The position numbers and the translations under genes are program-made. Of a DNA stretch of 53,196 nt, positions 25,390 through 36,300 are shown piece after piece (within the stretch, counting starts at the first letter, position 1; each line of letters starts with the position of its first letter). A model generated the notes under the pieces. It worked only from the letters and a program-made list of their open reading frames with translations, ran no database searches and was not told where the DNA came from. Source of the stretch: a virus (taxonomy: Duplodnaviria > Caudoviricetes). The stretch spans positions 1 through 53,196 of IMG/VR virus record IMGVR_UViG_3300020045_008062; one strand, given 5' to 3'.

Positions 25390-27873
25390 TTAATGCGCAA
25401 CCCAATTTGTACCATTATAAAAAACAGGAGTTACAACCGCCCCGCCTCCTACTACCGCAACCATATAAGATGGCGCTAATGCATCGGTAACAACCGCAAA
25501 AGCTGTTCCGGTAGGCGTTGGCAAAGTAGCTACTGTGTAATTTTTATTTACCACATCGTTAGCAAATAGAGTTGTTGCAATACTCGTGTCTTTATCGCCT
25601 ATTGCTGGCGTTGGTGCTTTTGGGTCTCCTGTAAATATTGGACTCTCTAAAAAAGCAAATGTACGTCTGTTCCCTGCCGTTGGTGACCCGTACCAATTTG
25701 TACCGTCAAACTCAACCGCTCCTGCTTCTGCCGTTGTTAAATTTACGCCTGCAGTAAATTTTAAAGGGGCGTTTGAGGCTGTAGCTGTCCCAGCTTTTAA
25801 GTTTAAAAAAGCCGTAGGTGCGGTTACGCCTATACCTACATTTCCTAAAAAATAATTGGGAGCAGTACCTCTGGCATAGATATTATGCTTCCCTGTTCCT
25901 GCCATTACTCCCGAGTCGAAAGCTCTTGAAATTGTAGTTCCTGAAAGATCGTCTATAAAAAATCCTCTTGCGTTAGTCACGTTATTTAGAGGTGTTCTCA
26001 ATATCCAAACTCCATTAAAATTAGTAATAGTATTTGTATTATCGATATTATAAGAGCCGTGAAAAATAGAAGCATTATTTGTTGTACCGGTACCTCCGCC
26101 GTCATTCTCTGAACTCACCCCCGCAGTAAAACCTAAATTTCCCGTATTTTGCTGAATAAAGGCTCCTCTTATCCCAAAGAATTGACCCGCTTGATTTGTC
26201 GATTTATTCACTACTGCCCTCCCGATTAAAGAACCGTTTATTAAAGTCGAAAGAGATCCAAATCCGTCCTCGTTGTAGTTGGTGGTAGTGGCGTTAAATA
26301 ATCTTGATGTTGAAGCCGATCCTGTTACGTTTATTGTCTGCCCAAAATTATTATCCCCGGCATTAAGCACTCTAGTGACCGTACCACCTATAAAATTATT
26401 TATACTAACTAATCCTCCTGCGCCTGTACCTGTGTCAGTAATTGTACTACTTGTCAAAGAAGATGCTCCGTTTGCTTTTGGTATTACATTAGTTATAAAT
26501 GTACCTGTAATAGGGGATAGGCTATTAAAATAATATTTAAAATCTTTACTTTGCAAATAACCATTCTTATCAAACATGTTTCCAAGTCGCTGATTTAAAA
26601 ACTCTGCTACTTTAGCATATCCAGCAGTATTTAAATGCAAAGCATCTAACCGTAATGAGGTAGGTGTAACATCATTATTATGATCGGTAACATCTTGCGG
26701 AATGGATGGATTATATTGACTAACGATGTATTCACGCATAGCAACGTACTTATTACCATATAAGACTTTTAAATCAGCGTTTAAAGCATTAATTTGTGTC
26801 CACGCTGTGCTGTTTATTGGTTCAGTATTTGCGTTTAGTATTCCAACAACTAAATAACGTGTATGTCCGATAGTTGAAATCATTGTAGCTATGTCAGCCT
26901 TTACCGTTGTCGGGGAGGTAAAATTGTTTCGACCTGCCCATATAATAACGCTCTTACTATAATTAGCAACATCTGCAACTAATCTGTTTTTTATCTGTGT
27001 GGAAGTTTCGCCTCCTACGCCCTTATCGGTAACAGAATAGCCATACAGAGTGGTTAACTGTGTAGGATAGTTAGTTGTTCCAAATCCGTTAGTTAAGCTG
27101 TCGCCCCATCCAAAAATCGACGCTAAAGCAATATCAAAACGGGAAGATTCTGGCTGTAAATCTCTTTTCTTAATTAATAAATTGGATGGATCTTGACTTA
27201 ATAACAGGTCGAAATCTGTTGAATAAGTTAAGACCTCTCCTGTTTTATGAACTGTATTTGAATCATTAGCCTTACTAGTGTTCAAAGTATTTAATCCATC
27301 TGACACAGTTTCACCTGAAACATCTGAAACATTTAGAATTTCATCAGAATCGTATGGTCCAATAACAGGAGGCACATACCCAATTGTAGAATCAGTAACG
27401 TTAATAGTAGTAATCAAAACCGTATTTAAAGGTACGTTTGGAGTTGGTGAAATACCCTCGGTTTCTGGTCCTACAACACGATAAATTAAGTTTGATTGAT
27501 CACCAACTAAAATATCATTTCTTGTATATCCTGTTTCGGCATAAGGAATCGTTTCTGTAAAATCAGCAGCTAATTCATAATCAATATTATTAATTACCCA
27601 TTGCGCACCAGCATCAACCGTTATGTCATTATCTAAAACAGATACATTAGCTTCAATTAATTGGTTTTCCCTATATGATAATGCGGCATCAATAATTTGT
27701 TGAACCGTAATGAATTCTGATATTTCGTCTGGATTTGAAATCTGTAATTTAGATCCTGGAATCAAAGTTGATTGCCATGGAAGTTGAAAAATTTTTCTCG
27801 CTGATGCTGTAATATTATTAAGCCTTTGCGTTAAATTAGCGACTTGCTGTTTTAATGTTGATAATTCGCTCAT
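25390..27873 (-). CDS. Tail fibre/spike with internal SGNH (GDSL) hydrolase domain
   Basis: WGDSLT, KGVGGETS, AGRNN, DALH.N..GY; C-terminal SPIFTGDPKAPTP...TSIATT fibre motif. Confidence 0.8.
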   Translation of the reverse strand: MSELSTLKQQVANLTQRLNNITASARKIFQLPWQSTLIPGSKLQISNPDEISEFITVQQIIDAALSYRENQLIEANVSVLDNDITVDAGAQWVINNIDYELAADFTETIPYAETGYTRNDILVGDQSNLIYRVVGPETEGISPTPNVPLNTVLITTINVTDSTIGYVPPVIGPYDSDEILNVSDVSGETVSDGLNTLNTSKANDSNTVHKTGEVLTYSTDFDLLLSQDPSNLLIKKRDLQPESSRFDIALASIFGWGDSLTNGFGTTNYPTQLTTLYGYSVTDKGVGGETSTQIKNRLVADVANYSKSVIIWAGRNNFTSPTTVKADIATMISTIGHTRYLVVGILNANTEPINSTAWTQINALNADLKVLYGNKYVAMREYIVSQYNPSIPQDVTDHNNDVTPTSLRLDALHLNTAGYAKVAEFLNQRLGNMFDKNGYLQSKDFKYYFNSLSPITGTFITNVIPKANGASSLTSSTITDTGTGAGGLVSINNFIGGTVTRVLNAGDNNFGQTINVTGSASTSRLFNATTTNYNEDGFGSLSTLINGSLIGRAVVNKSTNQAGQFFGIRGAFIQQNTGNLGFTAGVSSENDGGGTGTTNNASIFHGSYNIDNTNTITNFNGVWILRTPLNNVTNARGFFIDDLSGTTISRAFDSGVMAGTGKHNIYARGTAPNYFLGNVGIGVTAPTAFLNLKAGTATASNAPLKFTAGVNLTTAEAGAVEFDGTNWYGSPTAGNRRTFAFLESPIFTGDPKAPTPAIGDKDTSIATTLFANDVVNKNYTVATLPTPTGTAFAVVTDALAPSYMVAVVGGGAVVTPVFYNGTNWVAH

Positions 27874-27897
27874 TATTAAATTTTTTTAATTCAATTA

Positions 27898-27933
27898 CAA
27901 ATGTAGTAATATTATTTAGATTCATTACAAACT
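27898..27933 (-). promoter_or_regulatory. Promoter for tail fibre/lysis operon with overlapping palindromic box
   Basis: TACATTTG at 27898-27905; TATTTAGATTCATTACAAACT at 27913. Confidence 0.5.
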
Positions 27934-27978
27934 AGCAATCAATGTTACATGAATTGTATTTTACATTAATTTTGTTTT

Positions 27979-28194
27979 ATGATGATAATTGTATTTATAG
28001 TTTTTGGATTTTTCGCTTTTGGATATACAGGATATAAATTAGCTAGATGGCTTTTTGATTTGTTGTTTCCAAAACCTAAAAAATCAACTAATACATTTGT
28101 TGATAATTCGGTGCATCATCATTATCACGAGCATAAAAACATTCACATCATAGATGACAGGACAAAAGAAAATATTATTAATAATTTAAATTAA
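27979..28194 (+). CDS. Small membrane protein with His-rich motif
   Basis: N-terminal TM; HHHYHEH. Confidence 0.6.
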   Translation: MMIIVFIVFGFFAFGYTGYKLARWLFDLLFPKPKKSTNTFVDNSVHHHYHEHKNIHIIDDRTKENIINNLN

Positions 28195-28199
28195 AAAAA

Positions 28200-28412
28200 A
28201 TGATTACAGAAGAAACTTTTATTATTAATTGCAACATATCATTAAGAGTGGAAAAAATTATAATAATGTGTAAAATTTATCAAGTGAAAGACTTGCTTAA
28301 TTATAGTATTTACGATTTAGCTAAGTTTAGAGGCATAGGCAAAAAAAGTTTATATGAATTAATTGAATTTGTTGCTAAAAATGGATTTAAATTAAAAAAA
28401 CCTGAATTATGA
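28200..28412 (+). CDS. Stand-alone RNA polymerase alpha-CTD-like protein
   Basis: ISLRVEKI...VKDLL.YS..DL.KFRGIGKKSL.EL resembles LsvRa.ncL...i..v.dL....e.dLlk.rnfGkKSl.Ei. Confidence 0.7.
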   Translation: MITEETFIINCNISLRVEKIIIMCKIYQVKDLLNYSIYDLAKFRGIGKKSLYELIEFVAKNGFKLKKPEL

Positions 28413-28476
28413 AAACACAAAAACTTAATTATTTAGCAATTATTACTTTTTTAGTAATTTCTTTGGGTGCTGTTTT

Positions 28477-28716
28477 ATGGAGTTGGGGAATTATTTATTT
28501 AATTCAAAAACTAATCTCATGAATCTATTCACCAACCCAAAAGACATAAATCCAGGCGATACCGTTTTTATGGAATACGATGATGATAAAAAATCTTTCG
28601 GTGTTTGTGTTGGATTAAAAGATGACTTAATTCAAGTTGATTACACTGCGGAACAAAGTAAAGAACAAAAAATTGATGCCTTTCAAAAAGGCGTTTGGAA
28701 AAAAGAAATGATATGA
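28477..28716 (+). CDS. Hypothetical protein
   Basis: Plus-strand island ORF. Confidence 0.55.
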   Translation: MELGNYLFNSKTNLMNLFTNPKDINPGDTVFMEYDDDKKSFGVCVGLKDDLIQVDYTAEQSKEQKIDAFQKGVWKKEMI

Positions 28717-29015
28717 GTTGCTATTTAGAAACAAAATTACAAGGGTGTAATTACAAAGAACCAAATGAAATTTTATCAGAACATATTCCATATTTGAAAG
28801 GAATCACTAAACAAATAATAAAAAAACTTTGCAAGCAATACAGAATTATTCAAATCAGTCAAGAACCTGAAAATTATTGTGAAGACAGACAAGGCAGATA
28901 TCACATTGTAAGACGAATGCCAATTGTAGTTAAATATCAACATTGGCAAACTAACGATCCATTTTTTAAACCTTTCGAATGGGAATTTTACCAAACAGAT
29001 TTGCAAATATTTTAA
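28713..29015 (+). CDS. Hypothetical protein
   Basis: Plus-strand island ORF ending at terminator; ATG at 28713 gives an ATGA overlap. Confidence 0.55.
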   Translation: MSCYLETKLQGCNYKEPNEILSEHIPYLKGITKQIIKKLCKQYRIIQISQEPENYCEDRQGRYHIVRRMPIVVKYQHWQTNDPFFKPFEWEFYQTDLQIF

Positions 29016-29019
29016 ACCA

Positions 29020-29057
29020 TAAAAAACCCGAATCAAATTAATGGTTCGGGTTTTTTA
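29020..29057. terminator. Bidirectional intrinsic terminator
   Basis: TAAAAAACCCGAA...TTCGGGTTTTTTA between convergent genes. Confidence 0.85.
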
Positions 29058-29083
29058 ATTGTGGCAAATTCGCCCTAGTTATA

Positions 29084-31114
29084 TTAATACTCCAAATATC
29101 CTGCATCGGTTTCAATTAAATTAGGTATCTCAACATTTTCTTCATCAGTATAACCAAAACTATCATTTGATTGAGTATTAAACACATTTCCTATTTTAAT
29201 CATTGAAGCGGTCAAAACATATAAATTTGTATCCCCCAACGGCCCCTCAGTCGTAAAACCTGCTGATTTCACATAACCTACACCGTTAACCGAAATTGTA
29301 TCATGTGATAGTGCTATATTGATTTTTCTCCAAATCTCTTTAGTATTTGGCTCCAATAAAATTTCATCCAATTCAAACAACTCTGAACCTAATAAAATGG
29401 CAGTTGTGTCAGTTTTGTAAGTTTCACTTTCATCATCATATTTACCCTGTAATTTATTATACGGAATCCTGATTAAATGCTCAATTCCTGTTGAGTAGTT
29501 GATATCGGTATTAGATGAATTTTTATACCTTATTTCAAGCAAATCAGTTCTTTTTAATTGAACGTTAATCTGTTCGCTTAAATGTGTTTTTGTTCCAAAA
29601 TTTGGATCCGTCGCTACCCATTTAACCCTGAAATCAGAATTTAAATAATCTGCCATATTTACCGTATATTCGTAAACCTCAAAGTTTTCACGGTTGTAAA
29701 TTGACCCAACAATTACAGGAATTTCAGCACTTGTATAAACATTTGAAATAACTAGAATATCAGAAGCCTTTTCCTCACTATATAAAATTTGTTCGATTTG
29801 GAACCAAGCCAAACCAATCTGAATATAATTTCCAATTCTAGCCCATTCCGGCACACCTCCATTTAAAACATAGCTTCCTGTAACTGCATTTGTATCATAA
29901 TCATAAACATTACCAGCATTAAAAAATATACCTGTTTTTCCTGATCCTAAATTATACTGAATTGCATCACGTTTGTCTTTTATGCCTATATTCTGCGTTT
30001 TCTGTGTAATAGGTATATTGGTAATAGTTCCATTTAATTCTTCAGCAGTAACAACATTTGATGCGTAATTTGATCTAAATTGATTTGTTATATTATCACT
30101 TGACTGCCATTCCTGTACCTCTTTATACGGTAAAACTACATCGCTTTCACAACTCAATGTATTTTCATCAGTTTTAAAAATATTAATGTAATCCCATACA
30201 ACCCGCTCGGCCAGTCTAATACTGTTTGATTTTGGGTATAAAAAATATGGCGTGTTAATATTGAATTCTGAAACATGAAAATCTATAGATGTACTGCATC
30301 CATATTGATCCATAACATAAGCTGTAAAATCCCCCTCAGTTAATCCTGTGAAAACATTTTCTTCCTGCCATGTTGTATTATCCAATGAGTATTCTAATTC
30401 TAATCCTGATAAGCCTGAATTGGTAATTACTGCAGTAGCACCGTTTGGTGAATTATTAGCCGTTACCGTGAAATTAGCCGATGTTAAAGGGCTTGGTAAT
30501 GACAATGTTTGGTTTGCTTGGTTTCCGTTTGAATCCTCTACTAAAACATTAATTGTCTGACCTCTTAAAAAATCAAATGAAAACGGATTGGCCGCATTCG
30601 GATCAATCACAACAGGCGATAAAACTTTTACAGCTAATAAATCAGTTGTAACATTTACTTTTACGTATTGACACTTATTGGTTGTTGCTTCCGATAAATC
30701 TATATCAGTAATATTAATTACAGGTACTGCAGTTTCATTTTCTATAAGTATTTCTACATCAGTTGTAAATAATGGGGTTGTAAAAACAGCATCAGGATAA
30801 TTTGCTTCAATTATAACAGTTCCCAATCCTGAGCCAACATCACCAGGTATACTAGTTACAGTAAACAATGATGTTGCATTGTAGTCTAAATTAAAAGCTG
30901 TTTTGAAGTAATCAGAAATAAATCCTTTGTATGTGTCTGGATCTGTTGGGTGAGAAAAATCCAAATACAAAGGTATTTTTGTTTGTCCAGACGAAAGCCT
31001 ATTTGTTTTAAATATTTCGTTTAAGTTTAAACTTAAATTTGATTCAGTTATATTTAAAACATTGTCAATCTCCGGAACCGTTAGCCATGTTATAGTTATC
31101 TTAGAATTTGCCAT
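29084..31114 (-). CDS. Tail/baseplate structural protein
   Basis: 676 aa, beta-rich with Ig-like segment; downstream of tape measure. Confidence 0.65.
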   Translation of the reverse strand: MANSKITITWLTVPEIDNVLNITESNLSLNLNEIFKTNRLSSGQTKIPLYLDFSHPTDPDTYKGFISDYFKTAFNLDYNATSLFTVTSIPGDVGSGLGTVIIEANYPDAVFTTPLFTTDVEILIENETAVPVINITDIDLSEATTNKCQYVKVNVTTDLLAVKVLSPVVIDPNAANPFSFDFLRGQTINVLVEDSNGNQANQTLSLPSPLTSANFTVTANNSPNGATAVITNSGLSGLELEYSLDNTTWQEENVFTGLTEGDFTAYVMDQYGCSTSIDFHVSEFNINTPYFLYPKSNSIRLAERVVWDYINIFKTDENTLSCESDVVLPYKEVQEWQSSDNITNQFRSNYASNVVTAEELNGTITNIPITQKTQNIGIKDKRDAIQYNLGSGKTGIFFNAGNVYDYDTNAVTGSYVLNGGVPEWARIGNYIQIGLAWFQIEQILYSEEKASDILVISNVYTSAEIPVIVGSIYNRENFEVYEYTVNMADYLNSDFRVKWVATDPNFGTKTHLSEQINVQLKRTDLLEIRYKNSSNTDINYSTGIEHLIRIPYNKLQGKYDDESETYKTDTTAILLGSELFELDEILLEPNTKEIWRKINIALSHDTISVNGVGYVKSAGFTTEGPLGDTNLYVLTASMIKIGNVFNTQSNDSFGYTDEENVEIPNLIETDAGYLEY

Positions 31115-31125
31115 ATCTTAATTAT

Positions 31126-33360
31126 TTATATATTTGCTTTTAATACTACCCATTTTCCCGCGCCGTTCGGCTTCAAATTCTGCAAAAAACCTCTTTCAAT
31201 TTCATTATCTTCATTTATAAATTCAATTAATCCGTACAAATTACGAACTTTTACGCCTAATAAATCAGTATATCCGTTAACCTGAGCCATTACATCAAAA
31301 TCGCAAATGTGTTCAAATTCAATTTCTTCGGTAATATATCTTGCTTTTTCAAACTCTGAATTTACAATGTTTCCATTTTCTGCATACTCTGGCTTTCCAA
31401 TCATTTGAGTTTTCAATCTTGAATTTAGCGTACTGCTGGCATATCTTGCAAACTCACTTAAATAAGTTTGCAAACAAGCGGTAAATATCCATCCATGTCT
31501 AAGCATCATATACAATGGTGATAATCTTAAATTAGTTGCTGTTTCTGGGCTAAAAACACCTGTAGGAACTTTTACAAAATCATCCTGCCATTTTCTTTGC
31601 AAAAAAACAGCATTAGGGCCGCGTTTGCAATCATTTAAAAAAACATCAGAATCGTAAGGTGTATCTTCTGTTCCGAAATCAATTGCGTTTTTTCTCCTTG
31701 CGAATTCCTGGCCGTAACTATCGGCACGATGTGTTGAAACTTTAGTATAAGTGTTTTTTAATCTATTTATGAATGTTGTGAATTTTGTTTTTGCATTTGG
31801 TTCATCAAGACCCATTGCTTCCTGATAATCTAATACTTTTTCATATCCGAATTCTAAAGACGAATAATCCTGTTCTGCAAGTTCTCTGCGTTTTACATTT
31901 TTTACTTGATTAGGAAGCCTTATCAAAACATTTCTATTCCAAAAATATGATGTTTTTTCAATTCTAACAAATTCCTTATTTCCATCGTTTTCAATTCCTA
32001 AACCAATATTAAAAACGGCGTTTAATGATTCATAATTTTGTTTAAAAGATGTGGTTAATGGTTTGAAAAGATTTTCAACTTTTACTGGTGTTTCCGCAGG
32101 TATTGGAAGTTTATCAAAACCTCTTATCCAAAAGCCATGGCTGCATGTTACTAATGACCATTCCCCATCTTCGGAATAACCTAAATCAGTTCGTCCAAAT
32201 AAACTGCTTTTAAAGGCGTTTTTCTTATTGGTACATATAGTCACAAGCCTATCGCAAAATTCATAAAGCAGAATGCCTTTTGTCACTGATTTATCATAGA
32301 AAGAATTTTCATTTATATTTAAAAAACCTGAAACATCTTTTACTTCGATATTTAATCTTGAAGTATGAAGCGCGCGTCCATCAAACCATTGGTCAAAAGT
32401 CAATGACATGCTTTCGCCTGCAAATAAAGTAATAAACTCATCAAATGAAACATTATAACGTTTATTTGAAATATCTGAGAAACTGGAAGTCGTTTTTAGC
32501 ATTACATTGCTTTTTGATATATAATCTATTCCGTCTTTATAAGTTCCCAAACGAACATAAAAATTAAACCTAGATATATCATCAAATTCAGTACAGTTAA
32601 TTGTAAAGTCTATTGAAAAACTTAATCTAAAAGTTCTGTCTCTATCCGATACAGCAAAAAACATATTGCCTGTTTCTCCTGGTCCTGTTCTGCTTTCTGA
32701 GTTATCACCAACTAAACTATTTTCTAAAGGATTTTGAGCATTTTCATGAGACTTACCTTTTAAAAATAAAGGTACTGAAATTGTCGATCCTCTTTGATTA
32801 CCTGATGATGTTGAATTTTCTAATCTAACAATATTGTTTTCTGGCTTAACTACGAAATCAGTTATCAGATTTATGTTTCGGCCGTCTAATTGAATTTCAA
32901 TAGGAATTAACGGATCAATTGCATATCCGTCAATTGTTGTTTCTCTGTCAATTTCAACATCATCGGAATCACGGGATTTCAAAGCCTGCTCCAATCCTCC
33001 TGAGTTGAATTTTACAGAAACTTTTTTATCTTCATCCTCATAAGTTGACAAATCCAAAAACCCAAAATAAGTAACTTGCCATTGGTCTGTAACTGGATCA
33101 CGTTCTTTTCTAGTTAATCGTATCTCTTCATTGATTCCGTAAAATTTACGAACATCTCTTATATAGGTTCTTCCATCATTTACAAATTTCAATGAGTTGG
33201 AAAACTGAGGAAACATCCCGCCATAATCTTTATGGCGTTGATATTCCTTTTCGTCACTATCCCATCCAATAGGCTCAGTTTTTAATATTAAACTTCCTGA
33301 TTGTTTATTGAATAGTTCGTATTGAACACGGTCATTATATCCTTGGTTTACATTTCCCAT
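31126..33360 (-). CDS. Tail tip/hub structural protein
   Basis: 744 aa immediately downstream of tape measure. Confidence 0.65.
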   Translation of the reverse strand: MGNVNQGYNDRVQYELFNKQSGSLILKTEPIGWDSDEKEYQRHKDYGGMFPQFSNSLKFVNDGRTYIRDVRKFYGINEEIRLTRKERDPVTDQWQVTYFGFLDLSTYEDEDKKVSVKFNSGGLEQALKSRDSDDVEIDRETTIDGYAIDPLIPIEIQLDGRNINLITDFVVKPENNIVRLENSTSSGNQRGSTISVPLFLKGKSHENAQNPLENSLVGDNSESRTGPGETGNMFFAVSDRDRTFRLSFSIDFTINCTEFDDISRFNFYVRLGTYKDGIDYISKSNVMLKTTSSFSDISNKRYNVSFDEFITLFAGESMSLTFDQWFDGRALHTSRLNIEVKDVSGFLNINENSFYDKSVTKGILLYEFCDRLVTICTNKKNAFKSSLFGRTDLGYSEDGEWSLVTCSHGFWIRGFDKLPIPAETPVKVENLFKPLTTSFKQNYESLNAVFNIGLGIENDGNKEFVRIEKTSYFWNRNVLIRLPNQVKNVKRRELAEQDYSSLEFGYEKVLDYQEAMGLDEPNAKTKFTTFINRLKNTYTKVSTHRADSYGQEFARRKNAIDFGTEDTPYDSDVFLNDCKRGPNAVFLQRKWQDDFVKVPTGVFSPETATNLRLSPLYMMLRHGWIFTACLQTYLSEFARYASSTLNSRLKTQMIGKPEYAENGNIVNSEFEKARYITEEIEFEHICDFDVMAQVNGYTDLLGVKVRNLYGLIEFINEDNEIERGFLQNLKPNGAGKWVVLKANI

Positions 33361-33362
33361 TG

Positions 33363-36300
33363 TTACGATTTAATGTTTTTTAATTTCCAAAGTTCGTGAT
33401 TTAAATCAATTGGTTTTTGTTGATTGACAGAAAGTTTAATTTTAGAAATAGCTTTTCTAGTTAATTTCATTTCAGTAACCATTTCACGGCCGTAACGATC
33501 TTGGTCGAATGTTATATTGAAATATTCATTTACCTTTTTTTGTTCGGTACCCAAAGCGCTCATAACCGACATACGGCCATTACGCTTATAATCTTCAATA
33601 TCCTTATAAACATTATCACCTTGTGCCAATTCAACTAAAGTATCACGTGCTGGAGTAAGTTCAATTTTACCGTTTTTACGTTCGATAACCTCAGATACTC
33701 CACCATCCCCAACAATTGCTTTTTCTTTTGGGCCGCCTTTTCTACCTGTTTTGTATTTTGGTATTGGTGCCGCTGCTATTGCAGCAATCTGAATTCCTCC
33801 AAGTACACCGGCTAAAGTTGCCATAGCTGGTCCAAGTGGTAAAAAAGGTTGTGTGCTTAACGCCGCCAATACTGCCAAAGCCGTAGATATTGTTGCCTGA
33901 GCTAATGCGGCCGCTTTATTTGCAACTGCTTGTCTGTGTTGTTCTTTTTTTCTTTTTTCCTCTAAAACTTTGTTTTTCTTGTCACGTTCTTTTTCTAATA
34001 AAGCAATCTGTCTTTCATTATCTCCTGCTGCTTCGATCTGATTATCATAATACTCATTATTTTTACCTATTTCCGCTTCAATTTTTTGAATTTTAGCTTC
34101 GAATAATGCTGATGCCAAATCATTTAAAGCACCTGTTAACGATGAAGATATTTCCAGAATCTTTTGTGCTTTTTCAGTTTCCGAAATTATATCTTCCTGG
34201 TTTTTCTTTTTATTGTTGCTTACTTCAACATCTGATAAATCTAGTTTTGCTTTAGAAAGTTTATCTGCTATTTCTTGCCTTTTTTCAGCCGTTAACTGTT
34301 CTGCTTTTGGCAGTTTATCACTTGCAGCTAATTCAGATTCTAAATTGGCAATTTGAAGTTTTAAGGCTTGAATAGCGTACTTTTTCTTAATTTCAAAAAC
34401 ATTTCTCTCATGCTCTTCAATTGCTTCTTCGCGTTTTTTATTTGATAATGCTTCAATATCGCCTAATGCCTTGAATCTATTGTTTTCTTCTATTAAAGCC
34501 TCATTTTCTGCAATCTGATTTTCAGATAGCTTAGATGCTAAACTTTTTTTATAGCTTTCTTCATCAAAAAGTCTTATTTTTTGAATATCTTTTTGTGCTT
34601 TATCAGTTGCATCAACTTGTTTTTGTAATGCATCATATTGAATCAATAATTTTTGATTGGCATTTAGTTTATCTTCTGCCAAAACAAACTTATCATAATC
34701 CAGTTTATTTTTTTTAATAAGTTCTATTAGTTCAAATTGACTATTTTTTACATTTTCAGCGGATCCAATTCTAACAGCATCGGTTAATAATTCATCTTCT
34801 GCAATTTCCTGATTAATTTTTATATTTCTTTCAAGTTTTGCTTTTGATAATTCAAATTCAGCATCGGATAACACTTTTGCACGTTTAAGGGCTTCTTTTA
34901 ATTCTTTTTCTGTTAATCCTGTTACGGTTGGCGTTTCTTCTTCTGTTGATGTTGGTGTTTTTTTAGGATTAAGTTTATTTTGAATTTTTTTATATGCTGC
35001 TTCATATTGCCCTAGCATATTATATAAATCTTCAATTTCCTTTTCAGCTGTTGCTTTACCTTTAGAAAAAGGATTGAAAGCCTGTAAAAAACTTCTTTGA
35101 TCAAGGTCTTTTCTTAATTTATTTAAAAGAATTGTTGTTTTATCAATCTCTCCAGATATAACATCCCTTTCTTTTTCTAATTCTTCTTTTGATTTATCAA
35201 CATTGAATACTTTGTAAACAAAATCACTACCTTTCTTTCTTGATTTCTCCCCTAATTCATCTACGCTAGAATTTAATCTAATCAATAATTTTAGTCCGTT
35301 TTCGGCTCCTTCTATAAAAATTTTAAAGAAGTTTGAAACTGTTCCGGATCCTTTTCCAATTGATAAAATTAAAGAATCATAAGTACTTTTTAATAATTCT
35401 GTTTTACCATTAACAGTGTCCATTCTGATAGCGGCTTGTTCTTCGGCTGTGCCAAATTCATCCATTTTACCAATTAATTCTTTTAATCTATCAGTATGGG
35501 AAAGAACATTTATAGCTGCAGTTGTGTTTTCTAAACCAAACACTTTAACTATAGACGCATTATCTTTTAGTAATGGTTTTAGGCTTACTAATTTATCAGC
35601 AACTGGAATAGTTTTATTTCTTAAGAATTCCATTGAAATTCCTAATTTTTCAAATTCAGCGCGTGCTAATTTAGGTAATGCATCTGGAGCTGATATTTTA
35701 AGCAATACATTTCTTAATGCTGTTCCTGCATCTGCTCCTTTTAATCCGTTTTCTGCCAATAATTCAACTAATGCAACAGATTCTTTAATGCTAATATTTG
35801 AACTTCTAGCAACTGCACCAAATTTTAACAAAGCCTCTGTTAATTGAGGTATCTCGGCAGATCCAAATTTAGCACCATTAGCCAATGCATCAATAAATAC
35901 TTGTGCTTCTTCTGCTCCGGCCCCAAATTGATTCATTGCATCGGTTAAAGCCGTTGCCGCATCCGGCAATTCCATACCAGCAGCTTGTGATAATGTAATT
36001 GCAGCTTCCGTAACTTGGTTTAATGCTTCAACACTTTCCAGTAATTCAGGTTTAGCACTCGCAATTAATTTATAAGCTTCTACAACTGCAATTGCACCTC
36101 CTTGCACATTTTGACCTAAATCAATTGCAGCATTTTTAAGAAAAGCTAAATCTTTACCTGCGGCACCTGTAATAGAACTTAAATCAGCTAATCCTTGCTC
36201 AAAGGTTTTTATAGTTTCAAAAGCATCGGACAATACATCAGCAAATGCCAATCCTCCTGTTATTAATCCAAAAGCAGCGAATAAATCAGATGCAGTTTGT

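Noticed and set aside
25390-31114. Diversity-generating retroelement acting on tail genes
   Set aside because: No reverse transcriptase and no TR/VR repeat pair seen.
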